Assembly: GCA_036339465.1 (NCBI GenBank)
Contig: JAYZAY010000015.1
Span: 1-12,487 of the forward strand
Reading direction: 5' to 3'
DNA: 12,487 nucleotides
Source of the DNA: Myxococcota bacterium
GTDB lineage: Bacteria > Myxococcota > XYA12-FULL-58-9 > JABJBS01
Below are positions 1 through 8,323 of this stretch, one piece after another (within the stretch, counting starts at the first letter, position 1; the number at the start of each line of letters is the position of its first letter). The notes under the pieces were generated by a model. The model saw only the letters and a program-made list of their open reading frames with translations. It was not told the origin of the DNA and ran no database searches. The translations under genes were made by a program, and so were the position numbers.

Positions 1-36
1 ATGCCGACCAACATTTTATCCGATGTCGATTTTTGG

Positions 37-66
37 GTTTGTCTTTCAATAGTGAAAGAAACAAAC
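37..66. other. Imperfect hairpin / inverted repeat of unknown function
   Basis: tctttca (42-48) pairs with tgaaaga (53-59) around a 4-nt loop. After a 2-nt bulge, gtttg (37-41) pairs with caaac (62-66). It is AT-rich and weak. Confidence 0.25.
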
Positions 67-198
67 GGTCACGAATACTAATTTTTTCCCGGCTCTTTTT
101 TGTGCTTGAAATTCTTGTTCTAGTTTCTTAATCAAGCATACAACCAAACCCAGGGGTAAAAAGACATCCCAAGGCATCAACCACCCAAGAAGGAAGCG

Positions 199-639
199 AT
201 GACCGTTCTTGTTGAAAAAATAGAGGGGCCTGGGTCAATCGAGAAAACCACCATCCTGCCAAAAGCGAAGAAGACAAAAAAGCAAGAAAAGAGCCTTCCG
301 AAATCCGTGGGCCCCTTCCCGGTTGAATCTAAATCACCCAAAATAACCATTGCCGTATTATTCGAAAATCTGCCCACCGACATCCCACCTGAAGGAGCGC
401 CCTTCAAGGGAATAGAGCTTGTCTTAGAAACACAAGACCTCAAGCTTCGAACAACTCTAAACGGGAAGTCTTACCGGAAAATCATGAAAAATGGGAAGCC
501 GGATGATACCGCGATTATTCAAGGCAGACTCGGACCAAGTCACACCATTGTTGATGCCGGGATATCGCTCTCACCTAAGAGGGTGGTGGCTGAATCACCC
601 AAAAAAGAGACCCCACCCATCGACCCAAATCCAGCATAA
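199..639 (+). CDS. Hypothetical protein, 146 aa, basic, with Lys/Pro-rich termini and a compact central domain
   Basis: ATG is preceded by the RBS-like aaggaag and the ORF ends in TAA. The central segment (KITIAVLFENLP...LRTTLNGKSYRK...AIIQGRLG...IVDAGISL) has a globular, beta-rich pattern. Confidence 0.8.
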   Translation: MTVLVEKIEGPGSIEKTTILPKAKKTKKQEKSLPKSVGPFPVESKSPKITIAVLFENLPTDIPPEGAPFKGIELVLETQDLKLRTTLNGKSYRKIMKNGKPDDTAIIQGRLGPSHTIVDAGISLSPKRVVAESPKKETPPIDPNPA

Positions 640-1210
640 GCAACAGGACGATTCAAGGAAAATCCCAGGAGGGTGAGCAGCAAATCAAGCATCACCTGGG
701 CTTCACTCTTATGGTCTTGAATTGCGTTTTTTCTTACATTGACCTGACTTCGAATTCTGCCTGAGACTCAAGAGACTCTGAAACGCTGCACTAAATGCCC
801 ATGCATTATCCTGCCCACCAGCAGCAGCTATTTTCAGGTGGGGTTTTAAGACACCCACAGCGATTACCTATATTGGTGTATCATTATAAGAAATACCATC
901 CTGGGCTCTCTCCGTCGGCAACATATTTGGATTCATCTCAAGACCAACCAATTCAGAGTTGATGCGTGTTTCTCGGCCTGTTGTCATTGAGAACATTTCG
1001 ACAAGGACAATAGCGTTATTTACCGCAACAGCCCCATCAGCCGCCATCGGCTGCATTTCTTGCGGACCTGTTCTAACAAACCGACAAATCGCTGCATGGC
1101 TTTCCCTCGTGGGTTCCACGGTGAAATCTGGACCGTATCTAAATATGCCTTCAATAAAACAAGTGGACAAACTCAGCATTAGCCACGCTCCAATCATCAC
1201 AGGTTGCTAG

Positions 1211-1534
1211 CGGTGCGAGCCTCCCATCGCCTTAGCCACCTCCACATTCTTCTTCCAAAAAAGACCATCCAGTCGGCAAAAAACAGAAATTAAAAGACAA
1301 AGGTTCAAGAGAGGAGATAGCATACCCTTCGTTTTAGAAAGCCCAGAAAAAGGTCTCAATCATGATGACAACTTCAGCGTGGTCAGCGCTGCCCACACCA
1401 AGGCCGGATGCCATTACTGCGGAACTTGAACAAAACAAATTTTGCGAAAAAAGAGTGGCGCCGATGTGAACGTTCCCATAGACCAGGTGGACATGAACTT
1501 CGCCAATATCACCAGTGATTTCATAAACGAGTAA
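1211..1534 (+). pseudogene. Probable 3' remnant of an eroded gene directly upstream of the 1540 gene
   Basis: One frame reads ...GDSIPFVLESPEKGLNHDDNFSVVSAAHTKAGCHYCGT*TKQILRKKSGADVNVPIDQVDMNFANITSDFINE* with one internal TGA (1427-1429). It has C-ending codons like the other + strand genes and a TAA at 1532-1534, 5 nt before the ATG at 1540. There is no convincing start. Confidence 0.35.
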
Positions 1535-1539
1535 AAAAA

Positions 1540-2844
1540 ATGGAGTTCAAACAATATATTCCCATCCTTTGTTGTTGCTTTGCGGGGAGCCATTGCAGCT
1601 CCAACCCTGAATCCGTAGAAATCACCGGAAACCAAACCCCAAGCCAGCGCAGCGAAACAACCGGCCCCCTCACCTGTGACGGCAGACCAACGGACCGATG
1701 GACTGAAGTTTTGGGAACACCCATTTCGTGCTCTTTTCCAAATCAAACCCAAGGCATTGATGTTCACGGTCTAGAAGTATCCCAAAGCGCACTCACCCTC
1801 CCCGCCCTGAACGCCGATGACAATGCCATCTACGTATTCGCGCCCCGCGCATGGCCCCTTGGGGATCTGAGCAACACCCCAATCCTCACCTTGAAGGCAC
1901 TCAAAGATTTCGTTTTCCAAGCAGGAACTAAGAGCATCACCCCACCCACCAATGGGTCGGATGAAACAAATCCCATCCGAGAAAAAAGCGATGGTTTTGC
2001 GACCGAAATTGTAAACACCACCCACGCCTGCCTCGATAGATACCTCCGTGACTTTGAGATCATGTCCGAATGCATCGGCAATGAAAAAACCGATTGTGCC
2101 CCCCGCTGACAACGACGAGCAAGCCCAACAAATGGGTCCTTGCTGCGACCATAACGCCATGCTCACGACCTTTGTTTTGGAATACCTCGGCGCCCTCGGC
2201 CTCGACACAGCAGCTAAAGAGGCTGAAGTCTTACAAGACATGCTCAACACGGCCAACTTCTCAAGCCAAACACTGGAACAAAAAATAACCCTGGGCGACC
2301 TCTATTTCTATCGATACTTCTACACTAAAACCAATGATGGCGACCAACGTTCCATCTTAAACCCCAGCAATTGGCCCACCACGCCCTTTGTTTCAGATGA
2401 AGCCATCGCCACCGCCTGTGCTGATAACACCAGCACACCTCCTTGTGAACACCAAGCCCTATCCTACAATGGGATTCCATGCCCCAAGAAATTCTCGACC
2501 ACATCAACGATCCCCAAAGCTTTATTAACCAAATGGGAACCGAAACGATCTCTGCTCTCCTCAAAGACCTCCTAAAAAATGATGGATCCGTGGGACACGA
2601 TAATGCCTTTACCATTGATGAATTTTTCCGCCCCTTTATCACCCACTACGAAAAAACCACCCCAACCAATCAACGTGGGGTGTGCTATTAGACGGAGTTG
2701 CGAGAATTCGCCTTTCGGAGCATCCAATTGGATGCCGGTAATGAGAATATGGAGATGACAGCCATCAATATGGGAAATTATATTAACCTATACAATGACG
2801 CAGTAGCCGTCGCATCCAACAATCAAACTTCTGACCAGCCGTGA
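1540..2844 (+). pseudogene. Disrupted Cys-rich exported/lipoprotein-like gene (about 434 aa when repaired), split into ORFs 1540-2109, 2048-2575, 2479-2691 plus a tail to 2844
   Basis: N-terminus MEFKQYIPILCCCFAGSHC-SS resembles a short signal peptide with an atypical lipobox Cys. Removing one C from the C6 run at 2099-2104 joins ORF1 to ORF2 (DCAP-ADNDEQ). A return to the original frame between about 2449 and 2480 gives ILQWDSMPQEILDHIN. Past the TAG at 2689-2691 the frame stays open for 50 codons (TELREFAFRSIQLDAG...DQP) to TGA at 2842-2844. Confidence 0.7.
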
Positions 2845-3158
2845 CTTCACCATCATGGAACGCTCTGAATTTGAAATAGACCCAAAATCACCAGCCACAA
2901 AATCCGAGTTCCCCTTCGCACCCGTCGCCTTTTTGTACACTTCAACTAAGAGGATACAATCCGGCCACAGGCATCTTCTATGCTACCGGTTTACCGGAGA
3001 AGTGCGGATACACCGATCTCACGCGCCCATATTGGCGCATGCAATTGATCACTGTTTTTTTCTCGTTGAATGTCATTCCCGAGTTAGAGCTCCATTAGAA
3101 AGCACTGCTTACACATGAAAACACCCTTGAATGAGTCTTGATTGAACGGTGGCTGTTT

Positions 3159-3169
3159 CCCCCCCCCCC
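3159..3169. repeat. C11 homopolymer tract
   Basis: gttt-ccccccccccc-tctt, in the intergenic region about 250 bp upstream of the 3420 CDS. Confidence 0.9.
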
Positions 3170-3419
3170 TCTTCCCGATACGAAATGACTCTCGAAACTG
3201 GCTACTCCAAACAACCCGCTGGACCCACCTTGCCAAAGCTGGACTCTCTCTACAAACACAGGGACGGAATTTCCCTATCCGCCATGGAGGTAGGCAAAAG
3301 ACCTACTTGCCCATTCCTCTCCTATGTAGCTAAAAATAAAAAACATCATCCTCCCTCCCTCAGCGCTAGATCCAATCTAACGTTTCGACTAGGCTCTAAG
3401 GTAACACCTTGGAAAAAAT

Positions 3420-4640
3420 GTGGACGAACAACAAACAATTCTTACAAGACTCAACCACGGAGTAGAAGCGTGGAATGAGTGGAGAAAGACCTCCCCAAAT
3501 ACCATGCCTGACCTTTCCGAGCTTGTTCTTTCCAAGAACACCTTAGAGCAATTACCCATACTAGAGAACGGCAACGTCGATCTGCGAGGCATCAACCTCG
3601 CCAATACAAACCTGCGGAAAACAAAATTTGAAAAATTGGACATGACGAACGCCGATTTCTCCAATTCACAAATTCAGGGCGCGGATTTTCAGCAAATCGT
3701 CGCCCATAGAGCCTGTTTTGACAGCGCCGATTTAAGCCAAACCAAGTTTTGGGAATTGAACGCCATCGAAAGCAGTTTCTGGGATGCAAACCTAGAACAC
3801 GTTGTCTTATCCGAAGCCCACCTCCAAAAAGCAAATTTCTACGGCGCAATCCTCCATGAGGCAAATCTCGAAGGCGCACACTTGGATCACGTTGAAATGT
3901 GGATGACCGTGCTCGATGACGCCAACTTAGATGGAGCGAGTTTCCAACATGCCCATTTGGTGAATGGTAGCTTTCAGCGGGCCATCATGACCCAGGTGGA
4001 TCTTCGATACGCCAACCTCAATGCTGCCTCCCTTTGCGATGCAGATTTAAGTTCCAGTGATGTGCGTGGGAGTGATTTGCGATGGGCCAATTTAAGCCGG
4101 ATAAATCTCAGTGGTACGCAGTTTGATAAAAAGGGAAAATACCGGGGTATCCGTTTGGATGGGTGTTACGGTGGTCCGCATTTCCTGCGCATTGCCCGAG
4201 ATCAGGATTTTATCGAGGAGCTTCGAGAGCAGCAGAAAGATCCATTCAAGCCCCTACGGAAAAAATGGGGTTGGAAAATACTAAACCCCATTCCCACCGG
4301 CCGCTGGGTCTTTTGGCTCTGGTCTGGGTCCTCTGATTGTGGTCGGTCCATCGTCCGTTGGATGATCTTCTCCTTCCTACTTTCAATGTTATTTGGATTG
4401 ATACTCTACAGCCTAGGGCCAGAATCTTTCTATATTTCCAATTCGGAAAAAATCGATTTTGACTGGAGCCTCTGGCTCATGTTGTGTTACAGCATGAGCA
4501 TTTTCTGTAAGGTCAATATCGGTATTCAGCCAATCACCGATATTGCATCCTACTGGGTCATACTCACAGGCTTAACCGGACTGCTTATGCTGGGTGGGGT
4601 AATCACCATTCTGGCAGACAAAGTGGCACGACGCACCTAA
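3420..4640 (+). CDS. Pentapeptide repeat-containing protein with a C-terminal two-TM, potassium-channel-like (Ion_trans_2-like) membrane domain, 406 aa
   Basis: GTG start. The N-terminal GVEAWNEWR...PDLS cap is typical of this pentapeptide family, followed by a long run of A(D/N)Lxx repeats (ANLEG AHLDH, ANLDG ASFQH, ANLNA ASLCD ADLSS). Then come DCGRSIVRW, a hydrophobic helix, a pore-helix-like segment and a final helix ending MLGGVITILADKVARRT. Confidence 0.92.
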   Translation: MDEQQTILTRLNHGVEAWNEWRKTSPNTMPDLSELVLSKNTLEQLPILENGNVDLRGINLANTNLRKTKFEKLDMTNADFSNSQIQGADFQQIVAHRACFDSADLSQTKFWELNAIESSFWDANLEHVVLSEAHLQKANFYGAILHEANLEGAHLDHVEMWMTVLDDANLDGASFQHAHLVNGSFQRAIMTQVDLRYANLNAASLCDADLSSSDVRGSDLRWANLSRINLSGTQFDKKGKYRGIRLDGCYGGPHFLRIARDQDFIEELREQQKDPFKPLRKKWGWKILNPIPTGRWVFWLWSGSSDCGRSIVRWMIFSFLLSMLFGLILYSLGPESFYISNSEKIDFDWSLWLMLCYSMSIFCKVNIGIQPITDIASYWVILTGLTGLLMLGGVITILADKVARRT

Positions 4641-4651
4641 GGCTATCCAAG

Positions 4652-4693
4652 AAACTTGAAACCCCAGTAAACTTGAAACCCCAGTAAACTTGA
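4652..4693. repeat. 17-bp perfect tandem repeat, about 2.5 copies (aaacttgaaaccccagt)
   Basis: Copies at 4652-4668 and 4669-4685, with a partial copy at 4686-4693, between two convergent stop codons. Confidence 0.92.
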
Positions 4694-5797
4694 TTAATGT
4701 TCCCGGTGAATCCGTCGTTCAAATGAATCTGCCACCCTCGCCGAGAATCGATGAAACCATCTGTAGGAACGAAGGCTATCTAAATCCCCATCGCGTTTCA
4801 AAATATCTTCCGTGGGTAAACCCCCATGCCGTTTAGCATATTCCAACCACCGCCGTGCGGATCGCGTTTTCCCCTGAAGGGCCATAATACACGCGAGGTT
4901 GTAAGCCCCCATTCCACGCACACGTTCTTCTACCAAGAGTAATCGCTTTTCTGCTTCCTGAAAATGCGTATACCGGACATCCTCATTCTCAAAACGGGTG
5001 AGCGCCACCAATGCTGTCGCTGAGAACTTAAGTGCCTCCAAATTCTCTGGATCGGAAGTAATCGCGGTATTGAAGTGCGACGCAGAAGCGAGCAAAGAAC
5101 GCTCCTCAGACTCAGGATCGCCCGTTAAATTGAAATAACTCGAAAGTTGCAACAGGATATGCCCCACTGCCACTTGATAACCTGAAGGCTTCACAGGCCC
5201 CGTGTTTCCACCAGCACCTTGAATGAGAAAATTCACCGCTTGCTCGTATTCCGCAAGGTTAAAATGATTGCCAGTAAAGCCCCCACCACCGTTGCCCGTT
5301 CCTCCTCCCGTACTTCCTGTGCCTCCTGGCGTATCGCCGGAAAACGGTGGGCACTGAATCGATGGCGCGACCGTGCTTACCGAACCTTCCACCCGCTCGA
5401 TACAAGCAAAATTGGCCCCAGTTAATGAGTAAAGGAGATTTCCTGAATTGTCGTATCCATCAAAACTACCGCTGTTAAACGGATCGTTATGATTCATCCC
5501 ATCGGAAAAGACACCCAGCGCTCGACCAGCCGAATAGGCCGTCGTGGGGTGATTGTAAGACAGTGTCCCAATGGCCTCAAGTTCCTCACACTTTGCATTT
5601 GCCGCTCTCCAAAGCTGAATGGTCATGGTATCTCCCCACTGTGGATTGCGGTTATCAAGAAAAAACTGGCGGTCAAATGTCCCGCAGTGGTTCACCCGCA
5701 ATACCGCCGGGGTTGGATTATTGTCCATGGCAGAGGCCGTGGCAGAAAATATTGAAAGCGCGAGGACTATCACTGTTTTTGTCTTGAAGTGTCTCAT
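4694..5797 (-). CDS. Secreted protein, 367 aa: signal peptide, unknown N-terminal domain, Gly-rich linker, C-terminal TPR region
   Basis: Start moved from the ORF track's 5869 to the ATG at 5797, because GGAG lies 8 nt upstream and MRHFKTKTVIVLALSIFSATASA is a classic Sec/SPI signal (A-S-A). Linker is GGTGSTGGGTGNGGGG. The C-terminus AYNLACIMALQG...ARRWLEYA...DGDLDSLRSYRWF matches the YNLAC/DxDLxxLR type of terminal TPR cap. Confidence 0.88.
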   Translation of the reverse strand: MRHFKTKTVIVLALSIFSATASAMDNNPTPAVLRVNHCGTFDRQFFLDNRNPQWGDTMTIQLWRAANAKCEELEAIGTLSYNHPTTAYSAGRALGVFSDGMNHNDPFNSGSFDGYDNSGNLLYSLTGANFACIERVEGSVSTVAPSIQCPPFSGDTPGGTGSTGGGTGNGGGGFTGNHFNLAEYEQAVNFLIQGAGGNTGPVKPSGYQVAVGHILLQLSSYFNLTGDPESEERSLLASASHFNTAITSDPENLEALKFSATALVALTRFENEDVRYTHFQEAEKRLLLVEERVRGMGAYNLACIMALQGKTRSARRWLEYAKRHGGLPTEDILKRDGDLDSLRSYRWFHRFSARVADSFERRIHREH

Positions 5798-5805
5798 CAC
5801 ATGTT

Positions 5806-5809
5806 CTCC
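5806..5809 (-). promoter_or_regulatory. Ribosome-binding site (GGAG) for the 5797 start
   Basis: The minus strand reads atGGAGaacatgtgATGagacac. Confidence 0.6.
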
Positions 5810-6130
5810 ATATTGACGTGCCGGCGTTTCCAACCCTGTTTCTAACTGCGTGGAAAAACACCAACACAAAATTAATATGGAGAATCATAAGCAACTGTTG
5901 TGCCAACCGGAGAACCGTCATCACTCACACCAACAAAACGGGGTCATAGAACCCAAAAACATCCACAAGCACTGTCCCTATGACTTCTGAAAACAGAAAA
6001 AAGCGTGGGCATTCGGTCAATTACAACATTCCGAAAAAGAAAAACTTCTCATTCAAGGCCCAATGAAACACACGGATGGCACCTACTCACCCGCGGACTC
6101 TTGTCTTTCCACAGAATCGACTGACATCAT

Positions 6131-6180
6131 TTTTCGTGATTATTCATGATTTTTCGTGATTATTCGTGATTATTCGTGAC
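6131..6180. repeat. 10-bp tandem repeat, 5 copies, consensus TWTTCGTGAT
   Basis: ttttcgtgat / tattcatgat / ttttcgtgat / tattcgtgat / tattcgtgac, followed by a decayed cctttgtgaa. Confidence 0.92.
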
Positions 6181-6534
6181 CCTTTGTGAAAAAAAGAGGA
6201 GAAAGGCATCCGTTCTATTTTATCTGTAATGGTCCAAAAACAATTCGAGATTTCGATTTACGAAGAAATCACGTCGACAGGATGCCTAAAAAAATTCCTC
6301 TGATGACATCGATGAGCTTCATAAATTTCCATACTGCCTATTCCACATCGTCTTCTAGCTCAAAGAGTTGCGGTTTTTGTTTAGAATGCATCCCAAATAG
6401 AGATTCTCCATAAAAAGGACAAAATAAGGTTGGCAATCGAAAAGGCCATCCGCTACCAAACTTCAACAATTCTACACTCCGTGGGTGTGGGTAAAAAGAG
6501 CCAAGTATATTTCTGGTCGCTTATTTCTTGCCAA

Positions 6535-7356
6535 TTAGCCCTCTTCAACCAACAAAGCCATGCGTTGCACAATCGCCGACCCTTCTCCCCAAATCAAATC
6601 ATTGTGACCATAGTCGGAAAACGCCATAAAACCCTGGAGATTGTTAGCACGATCGGCCAATTTCTCCCCCATGACAAAAGGAATGATTTCGTCGTGTCGG
6701 CTATGAATCACCAACACCGGACAAGTAATCTCCGCCAATTTTTTCAACGTATCAAAACGGGTGCGTATCAAGAATTTTGGTACGAATGGCAAAACCTTCG
6801 CAGCCATGTCTGGAATATTGGTAAAAGTTGACTGCAATATCAATGCGCCCGGTGGATGCCGCAAAGCCCACTCCGAAGCTAAACCGCCCCCCAAGGACTT
6901 ACCATAGACGAGGATTTGGTGGGCTTTATAGCCTCTGGTGTGTGTAAGCCACGACCAAACCGCCTCAATATCCCGATAAAAACCGCGTTCACCTGGGCTA
7001 CCTTCACTGCGCCCATATCCCCGGTAATCCACCATCAACACACTGGCACCTGCTCCCAAAAGTTGGCATCCCCAGTCGTAGCGATCGGCGATACTTCCCG
7101 CGTTGCCGTGATAATAAACCAACACTTTTTGAGCATTTTCCACGGGCAAAAACCACCCATGAGTTTTCACCCCATCCGCCGCTTCAAAATAAACATCTTG
7201 AGCCACACAAGGGCCTCGCCCCGCGGCATTCCAATCCCCTTCAGGGTAGCGAGTCGGAAAATATATAAACGCATCTTCGAGCATCAAGACCATCCATCCA
7301 ATCACAAGCAAAGCCACACCAAAAAGGGCAGGCCACGATAATATCCTCGACCGCAT
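6535..7356 (-). CDS. Alpha/beta hydrolase (ABHD13/BEM46-like serine hydrolase) with an N-terminal membrane anchor, 273 aa
   Basis: TM helix followed by FIYFP, then YYHGNAG, VDYRGYGRSEGSPGE, the nucleophile elbow GKSLG, LILQSTFT, HSRHDEIIP (Asp) and GHND (His). The ATG at 7356 is preferred; the ORF track's start at 7377 is an alternative. Confidence 0.95.
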   Translation of the reverse strand: MRSRILSWPALFGVALLVIGWMVLMLEDAFIYFPTRYPEGDWNAAGRGPCVAQDVYFEAADGVKTHGWFLPVENAQKVLVYYHGNAGSIADRYDWGCQLLGAGASVLMVDYRGYGRSEGSPGERGFYRDIEAVWSWLTHTRGYKAHQILVYGKSLGGGLASEWALRHPPGALILQSTFTNIPDMAAKVLPFVPKFLIRTRFDTLKKLAEITCPVLVIHSRHDEIIPFVMGEKLADRANNLQGFMAFSDYGHNDLIWGEGSAIVQRMALLVEEG

Positions 7357-7863
7357 TCTTACCACATTCCCACCCAAAAGTTCAGCGTCAATATACCATA
7401 TAACCCAGACTAAATTCTCTAAATGATTATTCCCTTTACTCCGGTTTTCAAAATAGTTATTTCTACTTTTTCAAACCCACGGATGCTCTTTCTTAAGCCG
7501 GGGTCGGCCATGGGAGCAACACGGACCCTCAACACACCCATGGCATCGGGCTTTAGCAATAATGTGGCCCGAGTTCAAAGAGCGTCTAAAGAAAAAAGGA
7601 TGGAATAAAAAAGCGAGGGTTTCACACGACCCAAAGCACGGGTTAAATTTCTAGACCCCATCGAAATAACGGGCCCAACTTTGTTCTTAGGTTTTCTCTT
7701 TGGGATTCCGAGACACATTCGAATCTCTCCTCCTCCTCATCGCCACCAGCGTTGTTGATGTCTTTTTCATCGTCGCTACGATATCGGAACTCCCACGGGC
7801 CCCTTGGAACAGAAATAGCGTATCTTGTAACATGGTAGTTTCCAAGAGTAGGGTGTGGTGAGA

Positions 7864-7891
7864 ACGGGTTGTCCGAGTGCTGACAACCCGT
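7864..7891. promoter_or_regulatory. Perfect inverted repeat (10-bp arms, 8-nt spacer); operator or RNA hairpin
   Basis: acgggttgtc-cgagtgct-gacaacccgt, near the middle of the divergent 7357-8323 intergenic region. There is no clean U-tract immediately on either side. Confidence 0.5.
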
Positions 7892-8323
7892 CGATTATTT
7901 CTTCAGCCTACTTGAGACAAAGGTTCATTTAGATAAATCTCCCCTGGATTCAGGAACTAGAGATTTTAGCCATCATCGAAATTCGGATAAAATTAAAAAC
8001 AAAAAAGTGCCTTGGCTTAAAACCAACAAAGAACTCCACTTGAGTGCCCAAAAAGGGCTAAACGCCCAAACAGCCCGCGAGCGGAGAATAGGCCTTTCGG
8101 TTCCCATCCTTTCGATTCATTCTTAAATCCGACTTGGGAATGACTTTGACACGTGTAGCGCCAATAGAGAGAAATACCCCAAAAATCGTTACCAAGAGTA
8201 CGTTTTTGCCACGTTCCCTGTGATTCTACGGAGAGAGAAAACAACAAACCACCGCCATTAGCGATAATTCCATATGCAGGCTCGCAAGCTAAACTTGGCC
8301 TTCGGAAGCCCACAAAAAGCCAA

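Noticed and set aside
709..1323. Minus-strand frame including ORF 868-1200, extendable through two TAGs to 205 codons
   Set aside because: It has no recognisable motifs, and the + strand fragments over the same DNA look more coding-like.
1454..1471. GADVNV as an ankyrin repeat
   Set aside because: It is a single short match, without the following G.TPLH motif or any repetition.
2689..2691. Genome-wide TAG reassignment or pyrrolysine, suggested because all six intact CDSs end in TAA and TAG interrupts several protein-like frames
   Set aside because: About 2400 codons of intact CDS contain no internal TAG, no pyl genes are present in the window, and the same locus also has frameshifts. Pseudogenisation is the simpler explanation.
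2855..3478. Short ORFs 2855-3118, 3142-3333 and 3149-3478
   Set aside because: No convincing RBS, motifs or protein-like composition. They overlap each other or the 3420 CDS.
3420..4640. Qnr/MfpA-type quinolone-resistance protein
   Set aside because: Those are ~200-aa soluble, repeat-only proteins. This one has the GVEAWNEWR cap and a membrane domain.
5826..5846. Direct repeat gtttccaac / gtttctaac just upstream of the TPR gene RBS
   Set aside because: Only two imperfect 9-mers, which is compatible with chance.
4652..6180. The 17-bp and 10-bp repeats as CRISPR arrays or plasmid iterons
   Set aside because: The units are directly adjacent with no spacers and are too short for CRISPR. No cas or rep gene is present.
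6186..7341. Plus-strand ORFs 6186-6413, 6430-6831 and 6916-7341
   Set aside because: Two are antisense shadows of the hydrolase, and the first has no supporting features.
8040..8110. Possible riboswitch upstream of the orphan gene (small gccc-aaaaa-gggc hairpin)
   Set aside because: I could not match the consensus of any riboswitch family, and the stems are too short.
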